From the human T2T-CHM13v2.0 reference genome, Homo sapiens: DNA of 64,000 nucleotides. The notes below the pieces were generated by a model. That model was given only the letters and a program-made list of their open reading frames with translations. It made no database searches and had not been told where the DNA came from. Shown here in pieces: positions 1-12,215 of this stretch (positions are counted from its first letter, which is position 1; each line of letters opens with the position of its first letter). The stretch lies in assembly GCF_009914755.1 (NCBI RefSeq), contig NC_060945.1; one strand, written 5' to 3'. A program made the translations under genes and the position numbers.

Positions 1-400
1 GCGAATAGACCCCCGCGGACCCCCAAGCGCGCGGGGCCGGGGCCCTAGTTCAGGCCCTCGCTGCCCCTTTAAGGGTTCTCGAAACTTTCCCCCCGGTATC
101 AGATGAGCCTCGTCACATCCGTTGGCCGTGGCCGCTGGGGCGCTTTCCGAGGAAATTCGGGACTCGAGTTTCCCGGGGAAGAGGCGCGGCCTGAGCCCGG
201 CGAGGGTGGGGAGGGCAGGCGCAGGTGGACCCCGGCGCCCCCCGAGCCCCGCTGTGACCTTGGCCGCGGGGGAGGGGCTGGGCCGCTGCGGGGCAGTCGC
301 GGCCGCCAGAGGGGGCAGCGGAGAAGAACTTGCCCAACTTGGCGGCGCGGGCTGGGGCGGCTCTGCGCCTCCGCGCCCGCCTCCCCGGCCTCCGCCTTCT

Positions 401-443
401 CCCCTCCCGCGAGCCTCCTCCCCTCCCGCGAGCCTCCTCCCCT
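401..443 (+). repeat. 19-bp tandem duplication (CCCCTCCCGCGAGCCTCCT x2.3) in the promoter/5' UTR
   Basis: Exact copies at 401-419 and 420-438, plus a partial third copy (CCCCT). Confidence 0.9.
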
Positions 444-595
444 GGGCCCTCCTCCCGTCCTCCCCGCCGCCGCCGGTCCCGGTGCGCGCCCATCCCTGCC
501 CGCAGCCCCGCGCGCCGGCCGAGTCGCTGAGCCGCGGCTGCCGGACGGGACGGGACCGGCTAGGCTGGGCGCGCCCCCCGGGCCCCGCCGTGGGC

Positions 596-907
596 ATGGG
601 CGCACTGGCCCGGGCGCTGCTGCTGCCTCTGCTGGCCCAGTGGCTCCTGCGCGCCGCCCCGGAGCTGGCCCCCGCGCCCTTCACGCTGCCCCTCCGGGTG
701 GCCGCGGCCACGAACCGCGTAGTTGCGCCCACCCCGGGACCCGGGACCCCTGCCGAGCGCCACGCCGACGGCTTGGCGCTCGCCCTGGAGCCTGCCCTGG
801 CGTCCCCCGCGGGCGCCGCCAACTTCTTGGCCATGGTAGACAACCTGCAGGGGGACTCTGGCCGCGGCTACTACCTGGAGATGCTGATCGGGACCCCCCC
901 GCAGAAG
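596..907 (+). CDS. BACE2: BACE2 coding exon 1 (signal peptide, prodomain, start of catalytic domain; codons 1-104)
   Basis: ATG at 596 in a strong Kozak context (GGCATGG). It translates as MGALARALLLPLLAQWLLRAAPELAPAPF...NFLAMVDNLQGDSGRGYYLEMLIGTPPQK, the BACE2 N-terminus, and is followed by the donor AAG|GTAGGG at 907/908 (phase 0). Confidence 0.98.
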
Positions 908-3139
908 GTAGGGACCCCCGGCTGCTGCCGCGGGCTTTTCGGGCTCGTTGGAGGGAGGGGGCTGTCCAGAGACGCCTCCACGCGGCTTAGCGTCGCCCCC
1001 AAAGCAGCAGCTGTCCCCGCACAGAAGAGCGGGGAACGCAGAGGGGCTCGGGTGGGCCGGGGAGCGGGGGCGCTCGCTCTTGAGTCGCGGAGGACGGCAG
1101 CCCCCGCCCGGGGCGCACTGAGGGGTGTGCGCGAGTGTTTCAGAACTTGTGAGCTCCCCCTCCGCGGGGCTGGGCGGGAGAGGAGACCTGGAACTTGCCG
1201 CCTCCAATAACGTGATTTCCTTCTTGCGGGCGACACCTACTTCCAGCGGGAGACGGAGCGGTGGGCCTTGGGCGACGGGCTATTATGGGGAAAATCACCT
1301 CGTGTTCATACCCTCCCTCCCCCCCGCCCCCCCCCCACCCCACCACCATGCTGTCTCATTGCTAAAGAGGCTCGTGGCCGGCTTCCAAAGGCGCAGTACC
1401 CTTTAAAAAGGATTTATGCATGAGCTCAGCTAAAAGCAACCCGGTTAAGAAGTGGCTCGCTTGCTGCTCTGAGGAAGGAGCAGCGTCTCCCCTGCGCCCG
1501 CTTTCCTTTCTCGGAGTTGGTTTGTCAGCTGTGTCCTCGCTCATCCGGCGGCCCTGCCCCTCTGCACGGAGCGATGCATCTACACGCGGGTGTGCAGAGT
1601 GTGAAAAGCATTCCAGCTACCGGGAAAAAAACAGGGGCTGAGTGAGGTGTCCGGGGACCAAGTGGTATCCCGATTACAACACAAAAATAAAATCAAACAG
1701 CTTTCCTTTTCTCTTACTCTGATGTTCATTTACTAACACTTTTTGTAGCAAGAAACAAATGTTCCCAAGCACAGTGATCTGAAAAAAAAAAAAAAAAAAT
1801 CCCAATTGATCTGCCCCCTCCTACTTTCAAACTGTCTAATCCAAGTGGGATTTGAAGTCCTTTGCTCAATTGAATGCACTATTTGAAGATAGTTTATTTT
1901 TATTTTTAACATTGTCATTTGGGTTTTGATTCAGCTATGATTCCCCCATAAATAGAACATACTCATGACTTTTGTATAATTCTCATTAAATTATTCAAGA
2001 CTTTAAGAGGAAAGACATGCCATGCTAATTCTTTTAAAAAAGGAAACTGCCGAATAACTTCTGTAGTTGTTTAATTAGTTTAGGGGGAAAAAAAAACCTT
2101 CAAAAGCGTATATTCAAACTTTGATTCTAGTTGCCTTTCGTCTAAGTCATGGGAAGCCACGTGAGTGATCTTTGCCATCTCCAGGAGTGGATGGTTAGAG
2201 GGAGGGAATAGGAATCCCCATCAGCTGAGGGAGCTTAACTTGGCTGTAAGATGTGGTCTTGGTGCAGCCAACACGTGGGAACATGTGCCTGGTGCTGAGA
2301 ACCTTGGAAATATGACAAGATATTGAGGAAGAACCTCTTCTGTGACCTGCAGAGAATCTTTTGGAACAGGCCTTGAATGAATCCCCATTGGACATGTGTG
2401 CTTTGATGCGAGGGAATTCTCTCTACTAAAAGTAAATGTGGGTGGTCTGAGGGCTATGATAAAAGAAGCCCTGAAACCCTCCCTCCAGAGCAAAGGGGAA
2501 AGGGAGAAGCCTGAAGAAGGACTAAAAAATACTTAACTTTGGCAATCAAAAAAAAAAAGCTTTTATAAATAATAACTTGCCTGTTAATTAATTCAATGAC
2601 CTTTATTTTAAAATGATGAGGTTTAATTAATTTAATTAACAGAAATGTATTGAGTACCTAGGCTCCTGTCTTTACCGTAGCCAAGGCAGTAGTTGGTTCA
2701 AGATTACTTCTCAACCATTAGCATGTTTCCAGGGAGCGCTGCTTCTACAGAGACAGATTTAATTTTTACATGTGATGGGGAATGAAATATCCTGTACCTC
2801 CCTCCTGGCTTGATTTAGCGATAAGCTGCTTTATAACCAAATCTTTCCAAATGCCTACTGTAAAGTCAGGCTTTCCTGACTACTGCATTAGGATTCACTA
2901 CCTGCCTGTGTTGCCCTGAAATGTCTCTGACCACCAGCAGGGTGTCAGCAGCCGGCTAGAGGGGGCAGCAGTGAGGTGACTTCTGAACCTGGAGTGAGCT
3001 TTCCTGCTCTATTAATGGCCAGGAGTCATGCATTTATTCTCTGCTGATTCTCTGAAGCCTAAAATAAAAATTGCTTAGGTGGAGAGAAAAATGGAATTGT
3101 AAATTCAAGCAATAAATAACCAAGAATTTTTCAAGAATT

Positions 3140-3390
3140 AAGTAATAGTCATAGACAATGTCTGAAAGCTCAGTACGTGACAAGCACTGCGCTCTGTGCT
3201 TTAGGTGTGCTTTCCCAGGAATCCCCACCCACCACCCACCACCCCTCGGGGGTCTTATACGCATTTGGGGGTGGGAAAACTGAAGCTCGGAGAGACTGAA
3301 TGACTTTCCAGGGCAACAGGGCAAGAAAGAGGGAGGGCCAAAAATGGAAGCCAGGGAGCTGAACTTCAGAAGCCAAGTTCTGAACCACCA
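3140..3390 (-). mobile_element. MIR SINE fragment
   Basis: MIR core-like GGGAAAACTGAAGCTCGGAGAGACTGAATGACTTTCCAGGGC. Confidence 0.55.
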
Positions 3391-4679
3391 GACAGATAAC
3401 GACTTCCTTCCCTTCATGCCTCCTGATCTCTTTGGTTTTGGCCTCAAACTACCCTTTCTAGCCAGAGAACCCTGAACGTACACCCCAAGGTGTTAGGGAC
3501 TTATTGTATGACTGCAACTGGACCCTCCGGAACTCCGTGCTGTTCCCCCATCTCCTCTTTCCTTCAGCACTGCTGAATGAGCAACAGAATGAAGGGCTGG
3601 ATCCAGGTGTGCACGGGAGAGGCCTTGAGAGGAGAGGTTCAACAGGAACCAGAGCCCTCCAGCTCCCCTTCTTTTATGGGAAAGTCAACTGTTGGAAGTG
3701 TGCTTGTTCCCCGAAGGCTTTAATCAGGAACTAGAGGTCCATTGTTTAAAGCCCAGTGACTCTGTGAGGAGTCACAGGCATGTGCCCGGAAGCCCGCCTG
3801 AGAGCTGCAAGGCGTGTGTGCTGGCAGGCAGGGCCACGTTGGCATGGAGATGACTGCCAGGTTTGCGGCTGATCCCATTATGTGGGTTCTTTCGAACTGT
3901 AGAACTTTTGAACAGTTCTTTCAACCAGCACCTGCTTGAACCGTGCAATTTGGTCTTATTAATAATAACACTCTTCTAAAGTAATTATAATTACAGCAAT
4001 TTCTATTATGAAAAAAGAGACTTTCATGTTAACACAATAACTCCAGCTGAAGACAGGAGAAGGTGTGCAGCCATATACCTTGTAGTAGCTTCAAAAAAAG
4101 CCTTTGGGATTCTTTTTCTGAAAGATTTTCTGTCATCTCCACTAACATAGGTAAAGCAGACAGCAAAACTATTCTCATACCTGAACACTTGAATGTAAAG
4201 GGCCACCTAATTATTTTGGCGAATCCTATTTTAATCATGGTGCATTCACTTGATTATCAGCCTCTTAGTACACAATTATTTGGAAGACTTGTATTGAAAA
4301 TATGGATCCAGCATATGCAATAAGAGTTTGTGTTCTTCAGAAGAAGCCATCCAGGCTCCCCAAATGAAGCTGACTGTAGGTGAGGCTGAAAACAAGAAGG
4401 CAATCCCAGCAAGAAGAAATCTGATGGAGCCACTTGAAATGGTAAACTATTAAAGACAATGAGAAAAAACAATTACTGAGGTTGAAAGAACAAGAAAGTC
4501 AAAGCCAGTTTGCCACCAGCTCCTTCGAGTGAGAAGTGGCAGCTTCTGGGCTTTAGAGAAAGAATTCATCAAAGACTGTATTACAGAGGACTGGGAAAGG
4601 TGAGCCAAGAAATCAGCTTGAAACAACAAGGAGGGACAGGAGTCTGAGAAATAGTTTATAAGATCAAGAGCTGACCTTG

Positions 4680-4920
4680 ATTTCTTGCTGATGGAGTGTT
4701 GGACACTCAAAGGGCACGTGAAGCCCTGTGCGTGGCTCACCTCATTGTATCCTTGCAACGTCCTGGAAAATGTGCACAACAATGTGACTTAATTTTCAGA
4801 CAGGGTAACCGAGGCTTGGAGAGGCAGAGTAGTTTGTCCAGGGCCACACTAGTGAAGGCAAAGCAGGGTGGAGCTGTCAATCTGGGTCAGCCCAGCTCAG
4901 TCTTTGCACGTCACTGCCGT
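4680..4920. mobile_element. MIR SINE fragment
   Basis: TTTTCAGACAGGGTAACCGAGGCTTGGAGAGGCAGAGTAGTTTGTCCAGGGCCACAC resembles the MIR core. Confidence 0.5.
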
Positions 4921-5127
4921 TCCTCCTTAGGTGCAGTGTTTTAGTTACAGTAACTTTTTAAGAAGAACCATCTTCATGCTTCTGGAGATGATGTGGTTTG
5001 ACAGGAAGCATCCTGATGTGATTACAGGTCCTGAGCACTGTAGTGTCACACCTGTGACCAGGAGCAAGTGTGTAACCTCCCTCATCTTCCCTTTCCTCAG
5101 CTGTGGAGAATCAAATTTCTGCATTAA

Positions 5128-5515
5128 TGTCCTGGTCTCAAAACAATAGAAACTTGTTCTCATAATTCTGCAGGCCAGAGTTCAAAAAGCAAGGCGACAG
5201 CAGAAACACTGTCCCTCCGGAGGCTCTGGGGGAGGATCCTTCCTTCCCTCTTCTTAGTGTCTGATGGCTGCTGGCATTTCTTGACCCTTGGCCGCATGAC
5301 TCCAATCTCTCCCCTCCATGTAAGTTTCTGTGGCCAAATTCCTCTCTTCTTATAAGGAGACCAGTCATTAGATTAGGGCCTGCCCTCCTCTAACCTGACC
5401 TCATCTTTACTTCATCACATCTGCATAGACCCACTTTCTGAATAAGGTTAAGTTCACAGGTACCGGAGTTACGTCTTCAGCATATCTTTTGGGGAACATG
5501 ATTTAATCCACAACA
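5128..5515 (-). mobile_element. MaLR LTR (MLT1C-like)
   Basis: MLT1-type motifs TTCTCATAATTCTGCAGGCCAGAGTTCAAAA, CTTATAAGGAGACCAGTCATTAGATTAGGGCC and AATAAGGTTAAGTTCACAGGTACC. Confidence 0.7.
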
Positions 5516-5791
5516 AGTTCATTCTAAGTTTTTCATTCTATGGATTTTTTTTCTTTGATTCTACCTCACCTTTTAATTGTTAATAATTTCAATTTGGGAT
5601 TCAAGTGTAATTGTTATCACAGGCAATACACAAATGACGATTTTAGTGCTGTATTGATATGAAGCCTGCGGCAAGAGAGTGCCCTGGGGCTTAGGGTGGG
5701 AGAAGGAAGAGAGGAGTGTTTCTGCTTCCCTTCTGTACTTCTGTATTGTTTTTCCTGCTGGAGAGTAACTGCTTGAAAATTTAAAATGTCA

Positions 5792-6178
<387 letters not shown>

Positions 6179-6433
6179 TCAATGATATTTAAATACCTAT
6201 GAGTAATAAACACTTATGTTGGGATGGATGTAGAAAGCTTCAGTATTTCATGTTTTAAAGACATTATAAGGCAACCCCCTTATCAATCAGGATATATTTA
6301 ATATGAAACAGGTGCTTCCCCCCATACTTCCCGCCATACTCATCCCTGATCTCCTTGTGTGATCTCCTTGTTGTAGGTAAGTTGGCTTCACCTCCCCTTG
6401 CCTGCCCATTTTTCCTTTTTCCTCCTGGAATGA

Positions 6434-6770
<337 letters not shown>

Positions 6771-7579
6771 AAGTGGCTATTCTTTTGTGGTGGTGGTACG
6801 TAGCTGCATTGCTCCCAGGGGTGGAGAGGGAGGAATTTAAAGGTGGTGTTTCTCTCCTTCTCCCTGGTATCTGACAGCATGCCTTGGGATTTATGTAACA
6901 TCTCATTCATAGACTAGAGCAGGTCAAGCATTGGCCCCTGAATTCAGGGTCTACCTGTGCTGGAGAAGAGGTGGGGGGTTAGTGGGCACTGACTCTTGCC
7001 CCAACCCCACACTGGGTACAGCAGGAACGGGGTGGTGGTCCTCCTTGCTGGTGAGTGAGGTCCCTCTCCAGGTGACCTGAGGCTCCTATGACTGACTGTG
7101 AGCCTCTGCCTGTCCTTGAGTCCCTTGCTGTGTGTCATGGATCCCTCCTCTGGGTCACCCTGTTTGCCCAGCCTTGGTGAGACACTGGGGTTCATTGTAT
7201 GTTAAGGTAACAGATACTACCCGGACAATAGGGCATACCTGTGAGGCAGGTGGGCAGCCTGGCACCCCTTCTGTAATTTCCCTGGGTATAAACATGTTTC
7301 TGGTGGAACCTGAGGAAGAGAGTGTCACCTCTTCTGGGTGACTTTCCTGGCCTGGCTCCCCTTCATCCTCTCTTGGCCTAGATGTACTAATTTGATATTT
7401 GACTATTGCTACTCAATACAAAAAAAAGTGGTCACTTTTTTGCTCTTAGAATTCTCAAAAGAAGAGAGAATACTCTGGGAGTGCTGACATTAACCACATA
7501 AAGGAAATGAAATGAGTGTGTTTGTTTTGTGCTAATGCTTGCTGTCCAGCCCAGGCCCCGGGTGGGATGTTTTCAGATT

Positions 7580-7585
7580 TTTATT
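7580..7585 (-). terminator. Candidate distal polyadenylation signal (AATAAA) for PLAC4
   Basis: The + strand reads TTTATT, i.e. AATAAA on the - strand, downstream of the PLAC4 ORF. The position fits my recollection of the annotated 3' end, but other AATAAA hexamers exist. Confidence 0.5.
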
Positions 7586-7876
7586 ATATGGCAATCATAT
7601 ACCTGCACCTAGAAATATACAACCTCGGCGCTGCCATTGCAGGAAGACAAAGAGACTGTCTAGAGAGTAACGTGGCGATGCCCTGGGCAGCTCCATCATT
7701 CCAGGGTACCATAAAGGGAAGTGGGAATGCACACTCCATCTGTTTCACGCTAGGCTGAAAGTGGCAGGGGGAGAATTTACACCTGGCCTGCAAAAGGCAG
7801 CCTTGTGTTCCCACTTCAGAGCCCCAACTTCTCCAAAGCCAGTGCTTGGGAAATGGCCTTGTTGGCAGCAGGCAGG

Positions 7877-7950
7877 AGACTGGTGCAGTGTGCCAGCTGT
7901 GCAAACCCCCACCAGACTGGTGCAGTGTGCCAGCTGTGCAAACCCCCACC
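7877..7950 (+). repeat. Perfect 37-bp tandem duplication
   Basis: AGACTGGTGCAGTGTGCCAGCTGTGCAAACCCCCACC at 7877-7913 and 7914-7950. Confidence 0.95.
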
Positions 7951-10271
7951 AGCAGCACCCCCACCAGCAGCCAAAGAAAACAATTTCTAAAGCAGCCCCC
8001 AGGATTTCATGCCACGGGGGTGGTGAGGGGTAGGAGGAGGTGGAAAGCATTGAATCAGAAAGTCTTCCAGGTACCAGCAATGCCAGGGTTAATATGGTCT
8101 GGCTTGCTTTTCAGGTGAGCACCTGTAGCTGGCAGGAAAGTGGCTTCTTGGTGGAGGTGGGCATGAATTCCAGAAGCCTTGGAGAGACATCCAGAGCCCT
8201 TCCCACTACATCGTGCTGCCTCCTGGGGAAATTCCTAAGCTTTTTTTGAATCAGAAAAGCCACTGACAAGCAGACAGAATTGTGTGGCTTGCGCAGTGAT
8301 TGGAGAGCTAGGTGCTTTGGGTACTAGTCCCAGAGCTGCTACTTGTCGAATGTTGGGTATTGGAGAGAAGTCATTTGAGCTGTCTGAGCCTCTGTTTCCT
8401 CATCTGTAAATCAGGGAATTTGAACAAGTGACCTCAGATTCCTTCTAGAAGCTCTAACAGTCAATGATATCATCTATTTCATTTGAGAGAATCTCCATAG
8501 CTCTAATTTTTTGCCCCCAGACCAATCTGCTTCAGCTTTGTGTGGGTGCAACACCTGGGGTCCTGTTAAAATGCAGAATCGGATTCAGTGACCGAGAGCA
8601 GAGCTGAGGGTGGCTGCTGCCAGCTCACAGGTCACACTTGGAGTCGTTGCTTCTTTCCCCAAACCAGCTGCCGATGGTTCCTGGAAAGAGCAGGAATACC
8701 TTGCAGAAGGGCCTAGAAATAGAGATTCCCATATGCAGTCCAGACTTATTGGGTGAGCCTGTCTGCACTAGGACCTGAGAATCTGCATTTTATTATATCC
8801 CTTGAGTCCCCTTTAAGCAGCCACGCTGGCCCCAGCCATTGGACTCTATTTGGAGGCCACTGCAGAGGCCAGATGCCCCTCTGCTCGGCGGTTTCCTGTG
8901 CAGAAAGGCTGTGTTCTTTCTTCTTCCTAAATACTCTTCCTAGGTTAAGTGTTTCCTTCTCTTTGCCCATCTAGAAAATCTCCACCTCAAGCAGGTCGTG
9001 TTCCAAAAACTCCTCGTGTTGGGCAAGTGGAAAACACGCAGTTTTTTCTAGGGGTCTCATTCTGAGGCGGTGCTGCTGAAAATCTTGGTGCTGAACGTGT
9101 GTTTTTGAGATTTCCAGTCTATCACGGGGCCACAAGGTGTAAATATCAAGAAAAATGAATTACTAGAAAGGCAAAGTGAAAAAGACATACAAAATACAAG
9201 TGTCATTCTTTTTATTCTTAGTTTGGACAGATACTCCATTCTTCTACACTGGTCCCACGGTTTCTGAAGCTTCCTGTAATGATCAGTGGTTACCTTGTTG
9301 CCCAAGTAACTGCAAATCCCTCCTCTACAAAGTGTGCTTGCTCCAAGGCAGTGCAAACTAGAAGTTGTTACAAATGGTTCCAGTAACAAATTTGTTTGGC
9401 GGCCTTTTCCCATGAATGAGACAGTGGTTATTTTTGCTAAAGCAGAAAGGAAATGTGATACTATTGGGCTGTGTTTTGCCCTCTGGAGTAATCCTGCTTG
9501 GGGAAAATGGAGGCTTGTTCCAGAATGCAGAAATCCCTGTTAAATTAGGCAGTCTTGGGCTGGAGGACGTGTGCCTGCCTCCCCAGTGCCTCACAACTCA
9601 CATCTCTAAAGGCCACTCAGGTGGGACACCATCAAGACATTGAAAATCGACAGAAGGAAGGCAGGAAGGGGAGAGGATCGAACCTGTCAAAATAGATATT
9701 CAGAAAATCTGTGCTCTAAAATAAGGCAGCCCTTCCCTCACAGCACACTTATTCCTAATTTCAACAGGACTCCTAGTCTTGCCCCACAGCGTCACAGCCT
9801 ACAGCAAATTAGAAACTGGGGTGGGGGGCGGATATTATTCCACCAGTAATACCCTTGGGACGGGGCACACAAGATGTTTGCCCTCCTACCTCTCTGTCAC
9901 CTTCCCAAGAAAGGGTCAAGATGAAACAGTGTGCGTTTATGGTATTGCGAGAGTTAAGTGAGCTGCGGTGTATTAGAACCTTAGCCTCGCGCAGCGTCAG
10001 CCGTGTGGTAAGTGTTCCATAAATCTTCGTTTAGAAAAAGTGGCAAATTCCAGGCTGCTAGTAAACAAAGGAGGGAAGACAGACAAAACGGAACAGCAAC
10101 AACAGAAAACCCAAGAACTAGATGCCCAACAATCTGGGTCTGTATCTTGAAGGAATGTGCATCCTGTCCTCTGACTGCAAACCCAGGCCTTCTGTGGCCC
10201 CACGATGCTGCCTCCTAGCCCTCCTAAGGTGGGAATGGAGCTTTACCCCTTGGTGGCAAACAGACCTGGCT

Positions 10272-10488
10272 CCATGGATCTCAACCTGGGGTGATTGTGT
10301 CCCCACCCCAGGGGACATCTGGCATCCTCTGGGGACATTTTGAGTTCTCACAACTTAGAGGGTGCTACTGGCGTCCTGTGGGTGGAGACTGGAAGTGCTG
10401 CTCGGCATTCTTTGCCGTACAGGGCAGCCCCCACAACAAAGAACGATCTGGTCCAAAATGGCAACCATGCCAAGATTGAGAAATCCTG
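10272..10488 (+). mobile_element. MER20 (hAT-Charlie DNA transposon)
   Basis: TCTCAACCTGGGGTGATT...CCCCAGGGGACAT.TGGCA...GGGTGCTACTGGCGTCC...CAGCCCCCACAACAAAGAA...TTGAGAAATCCTG matches the MER20 consensus layout. Confidence 0.8.
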
Positions 10489-10784
10489 GTTACTCGACAC
10501 AGCAGGTCGGCTGGCCTAGGAGTTGCTGCCCAGAGAGGCAAAGGGAGAATGTCCAGTGGAAACAGCTGCCCTGAGCATACAGGGCACGCTGACACCTGCT
10601 GATTCCCCCATCCTTAAGGTCCTGTATTGTTCCTAACACCACGTGGATCTTCTTGCCAGATGCATTAAAGTGTGAGAAGAGTTAAAAATCACTTATAACT
10701 GGAGTGACTGGGGGTTAAAGAGGAGAAAAAATTTGAACCTGACTCAAAGGATGAGCATGTTTTTCTTTCTTTCTTCGGCACATT

Positions 10785-11072
10785 GGCTGGGTGTGGCGGC
10801 TCCATGGCTATAATCCCAGCACTTTGGAAGGCCGAGGTGGGAGGATTGCTTGAGGTTAGGAGTTCAAGATCAGCCTAGGCAACATAGCAAGTCCCTATCT
10901 ATATAATTTTTTTTTTAAATTAGCCAAGCTTGGTGGTGCATGCCTGTAGTCCCAGCTACTCAGGAGGCTGAGGCAGGAGGATCACTTGAGCTCAGGAGTT
11001 CAAGGCTGCAATGAATTACGATTGTGCCACTGCACTCCAGCATGTGCAACAGAGCAAGACCTTGCCTCAAAA
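10785..11072 (+). mobile_element. AluJ
   Basis: Diverged Alu with J-type GAGGATTGCTTGAG and GGAGTTCAAGGCTGCA. Confidence 0.9.
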
Positions 11073-11074
11073 CA

Positions 11075-11395
11075 TATTAAGCACCTACTGCATGTCAGGG
11101 CCTTGGTCTAAGCCCTGGTATGCAACAGTCAACTAGACAGAGAGAGTCTTGGCTTTTACAGAACCTCCCCTTATAAGGAAGACAGATTGTCAAGGAAGTA
11201 AACAGACTTTTAGAGGAGTGCTGTGAGACAGTGCCATGTGGGAAGGGGTATTGGTGAAAGAATCCTGCTTTATAAGGGCGGTTATGGAAGACCTCTCTGA
11301 GGAGGTGCAATTTGAGATGAGATTGGCTTGAGGAGGACTGAGCCTTCAGAAGTTAGGGAAAGCGTGTCCCAGGCTGCAGCCAGGGAGGTGAAGAC
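11075..11395. mobile_element. L2 LINE fragment
   Basis: ATTAAGCACCTACTGCATGTCAGG...GGAAGACCTCTCTGAGGAGGTG resembles the L2 3' end. Confidence 0.55.
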
Positions 11396-11396
11396 T

Positions 11397-11906
11397 TGAG
11401 GGTGTCAGGGTGAGGAGTGAGGGTGTCAGGGTGACTGAGGGTGCCAGGGTGAGGAGTGAGGGTGTCAGGGTGAGGAGTGAGGGTGTCCAGGGTGAGGAGT
11501 GAGGGTGTCAGGGTGAGGAGTGAGGGTGTCCAGGTTGAGTGAGGGTGTCCAGGATGAGGAGTGAGGGTGTCCAGGGTGAGGAGTGAGGGAGTCCAGGGTG
11601 AGGAGTGAGGGAGTCCAGGGTGAGGATTGAGGGTGTCAGGGTGAGTGAGAGTGTCCAGGGTGAGGAGTGAGGGTATCCAGGGTGAGTGAGGGTGTCCAGG
11701 GTGAGGAGTGAGGGTATCCAGGGTGAGTGAGGGTGTCCAGGGTGAGTGAGGGTGTCAGGGTGAGTGAACGTGTCCAGGGTGAGTGAGGGTGTCCAGGGTG
11801 CAGAGTGAGGTGTCCAGGGTGAGGAGTGACGGTGTCTGGGGTGAGTGAGGGTGTCCAGGGTGAGGAGTGAGGGTGTCAGGGTGAGTGAGGGTGTCCAGGG
11901 TGAGTG
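11397..11906. repeat. G-rich minisatellite/VNTR, ~18-22-bp units (GGGTGAG[GA]GTGAGGGTGTC[C]A)
   Basis: More than 20 imperfect tandem units are directly visible. Confidence 0.95.
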
Positions 11907-11960
11907 CACATGTGTGGTGAGGAGGTGTTTGCAGTGCTTCAGGCGCAGCAACTCTTTCAT
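11508..11960 (-). CDS. PLAC4: Putative PLAC4 150-aa ORF (low-complexity translation of the VNTR; probably non-coding)
   Basis: The ORF MKELLRLKHCKHLLTTHVHSPWTPSLTLTPSLLTLDTLTHP... matches the historically annotated PLAC4 protein. All but the first ~18 codons lie in the tandem repeat. Confidence 0.55.
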   Translation of the reverse strand: MKELLRLKHCKHLLTTHVHSPWTPSLTLTPSLLTLDTLTHPRHRHSSPWTPHSAPWTPSLTLDTFTHPDTLTHPGHPHSPWIPSLLTLDTLTHPGYPHSSPWTLSLTLTPSILTLDSLTPHPGLPHSSPWTPSLLILDTLTQPGHPHSSP

Positions 11961-12134
11961 CTAGTTTAAAATTGTGCTCTGAGGTTAGATTTTAGTAGAA
12001 CAAAGGCCTTACAAAGAATGTGAAAACATTGTGCTTCCCTGCTTACAGGCAATTAAAAAGGAGAATCAAGCTGAGGGTGCCTGGTGTGGGGTGGGGTGGA
12101 GAAGACCACAGAGACTATTGTGTGTTTTATTCAA

Positions 12135-12215
12135 CAGTGTCCTGGGCTGCTTTCTCCAGAAATGTCCCTGACACATGGATGTAAGTGTGGCTAGTTTACT
12201 GGGAGATGATCCCAG
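12135..12215. mobile_element. Old MaLR LTR (MLT1I/J-like), left part, interrupted by the provirus
   Basis: TGTCCTGGGCTGCTTTCTCCAGAAAT...TAGTTTACTGGGAGATGATCCCAG. The element continues at 19416 (CCAGGA...TGTGGGCCACTGAGACCCACTCCCCACTGGGGAACTCTGAGAG). Confidence 0.6.

Larger units (their letters stand above)
1..1600. promoter_or_regulatory. BACE2: CpG island / TATA-less GC-rich promoter and first exon region of BACE2
   Basis: Very high GC and CpG density from 1 to ~1600, falling abruptly to AT-rich sequence afterwards. It contains several GC/CT boxes (e.g. CCCCGCC, CCCCTCCC) and surrounds the BACE2 start codon. Confidence 0.9.

Noticed and set aside
1-600. microRNA hairpin near the BACE2 promoter (MIR3197 is annotated nearby)
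   Set aside because: I could not locate its sequence in this window. It probably lies just upstream.
99-1236. Long overlapping ORFs on both strands (168, 295, 362 and 215 aa)
   Set aside because: Stop codons are rare in CpG-island DNA. Only 596-907 matches a real protein, and the 362-aa ORF is exon 1 plus UTR and intron read-through.
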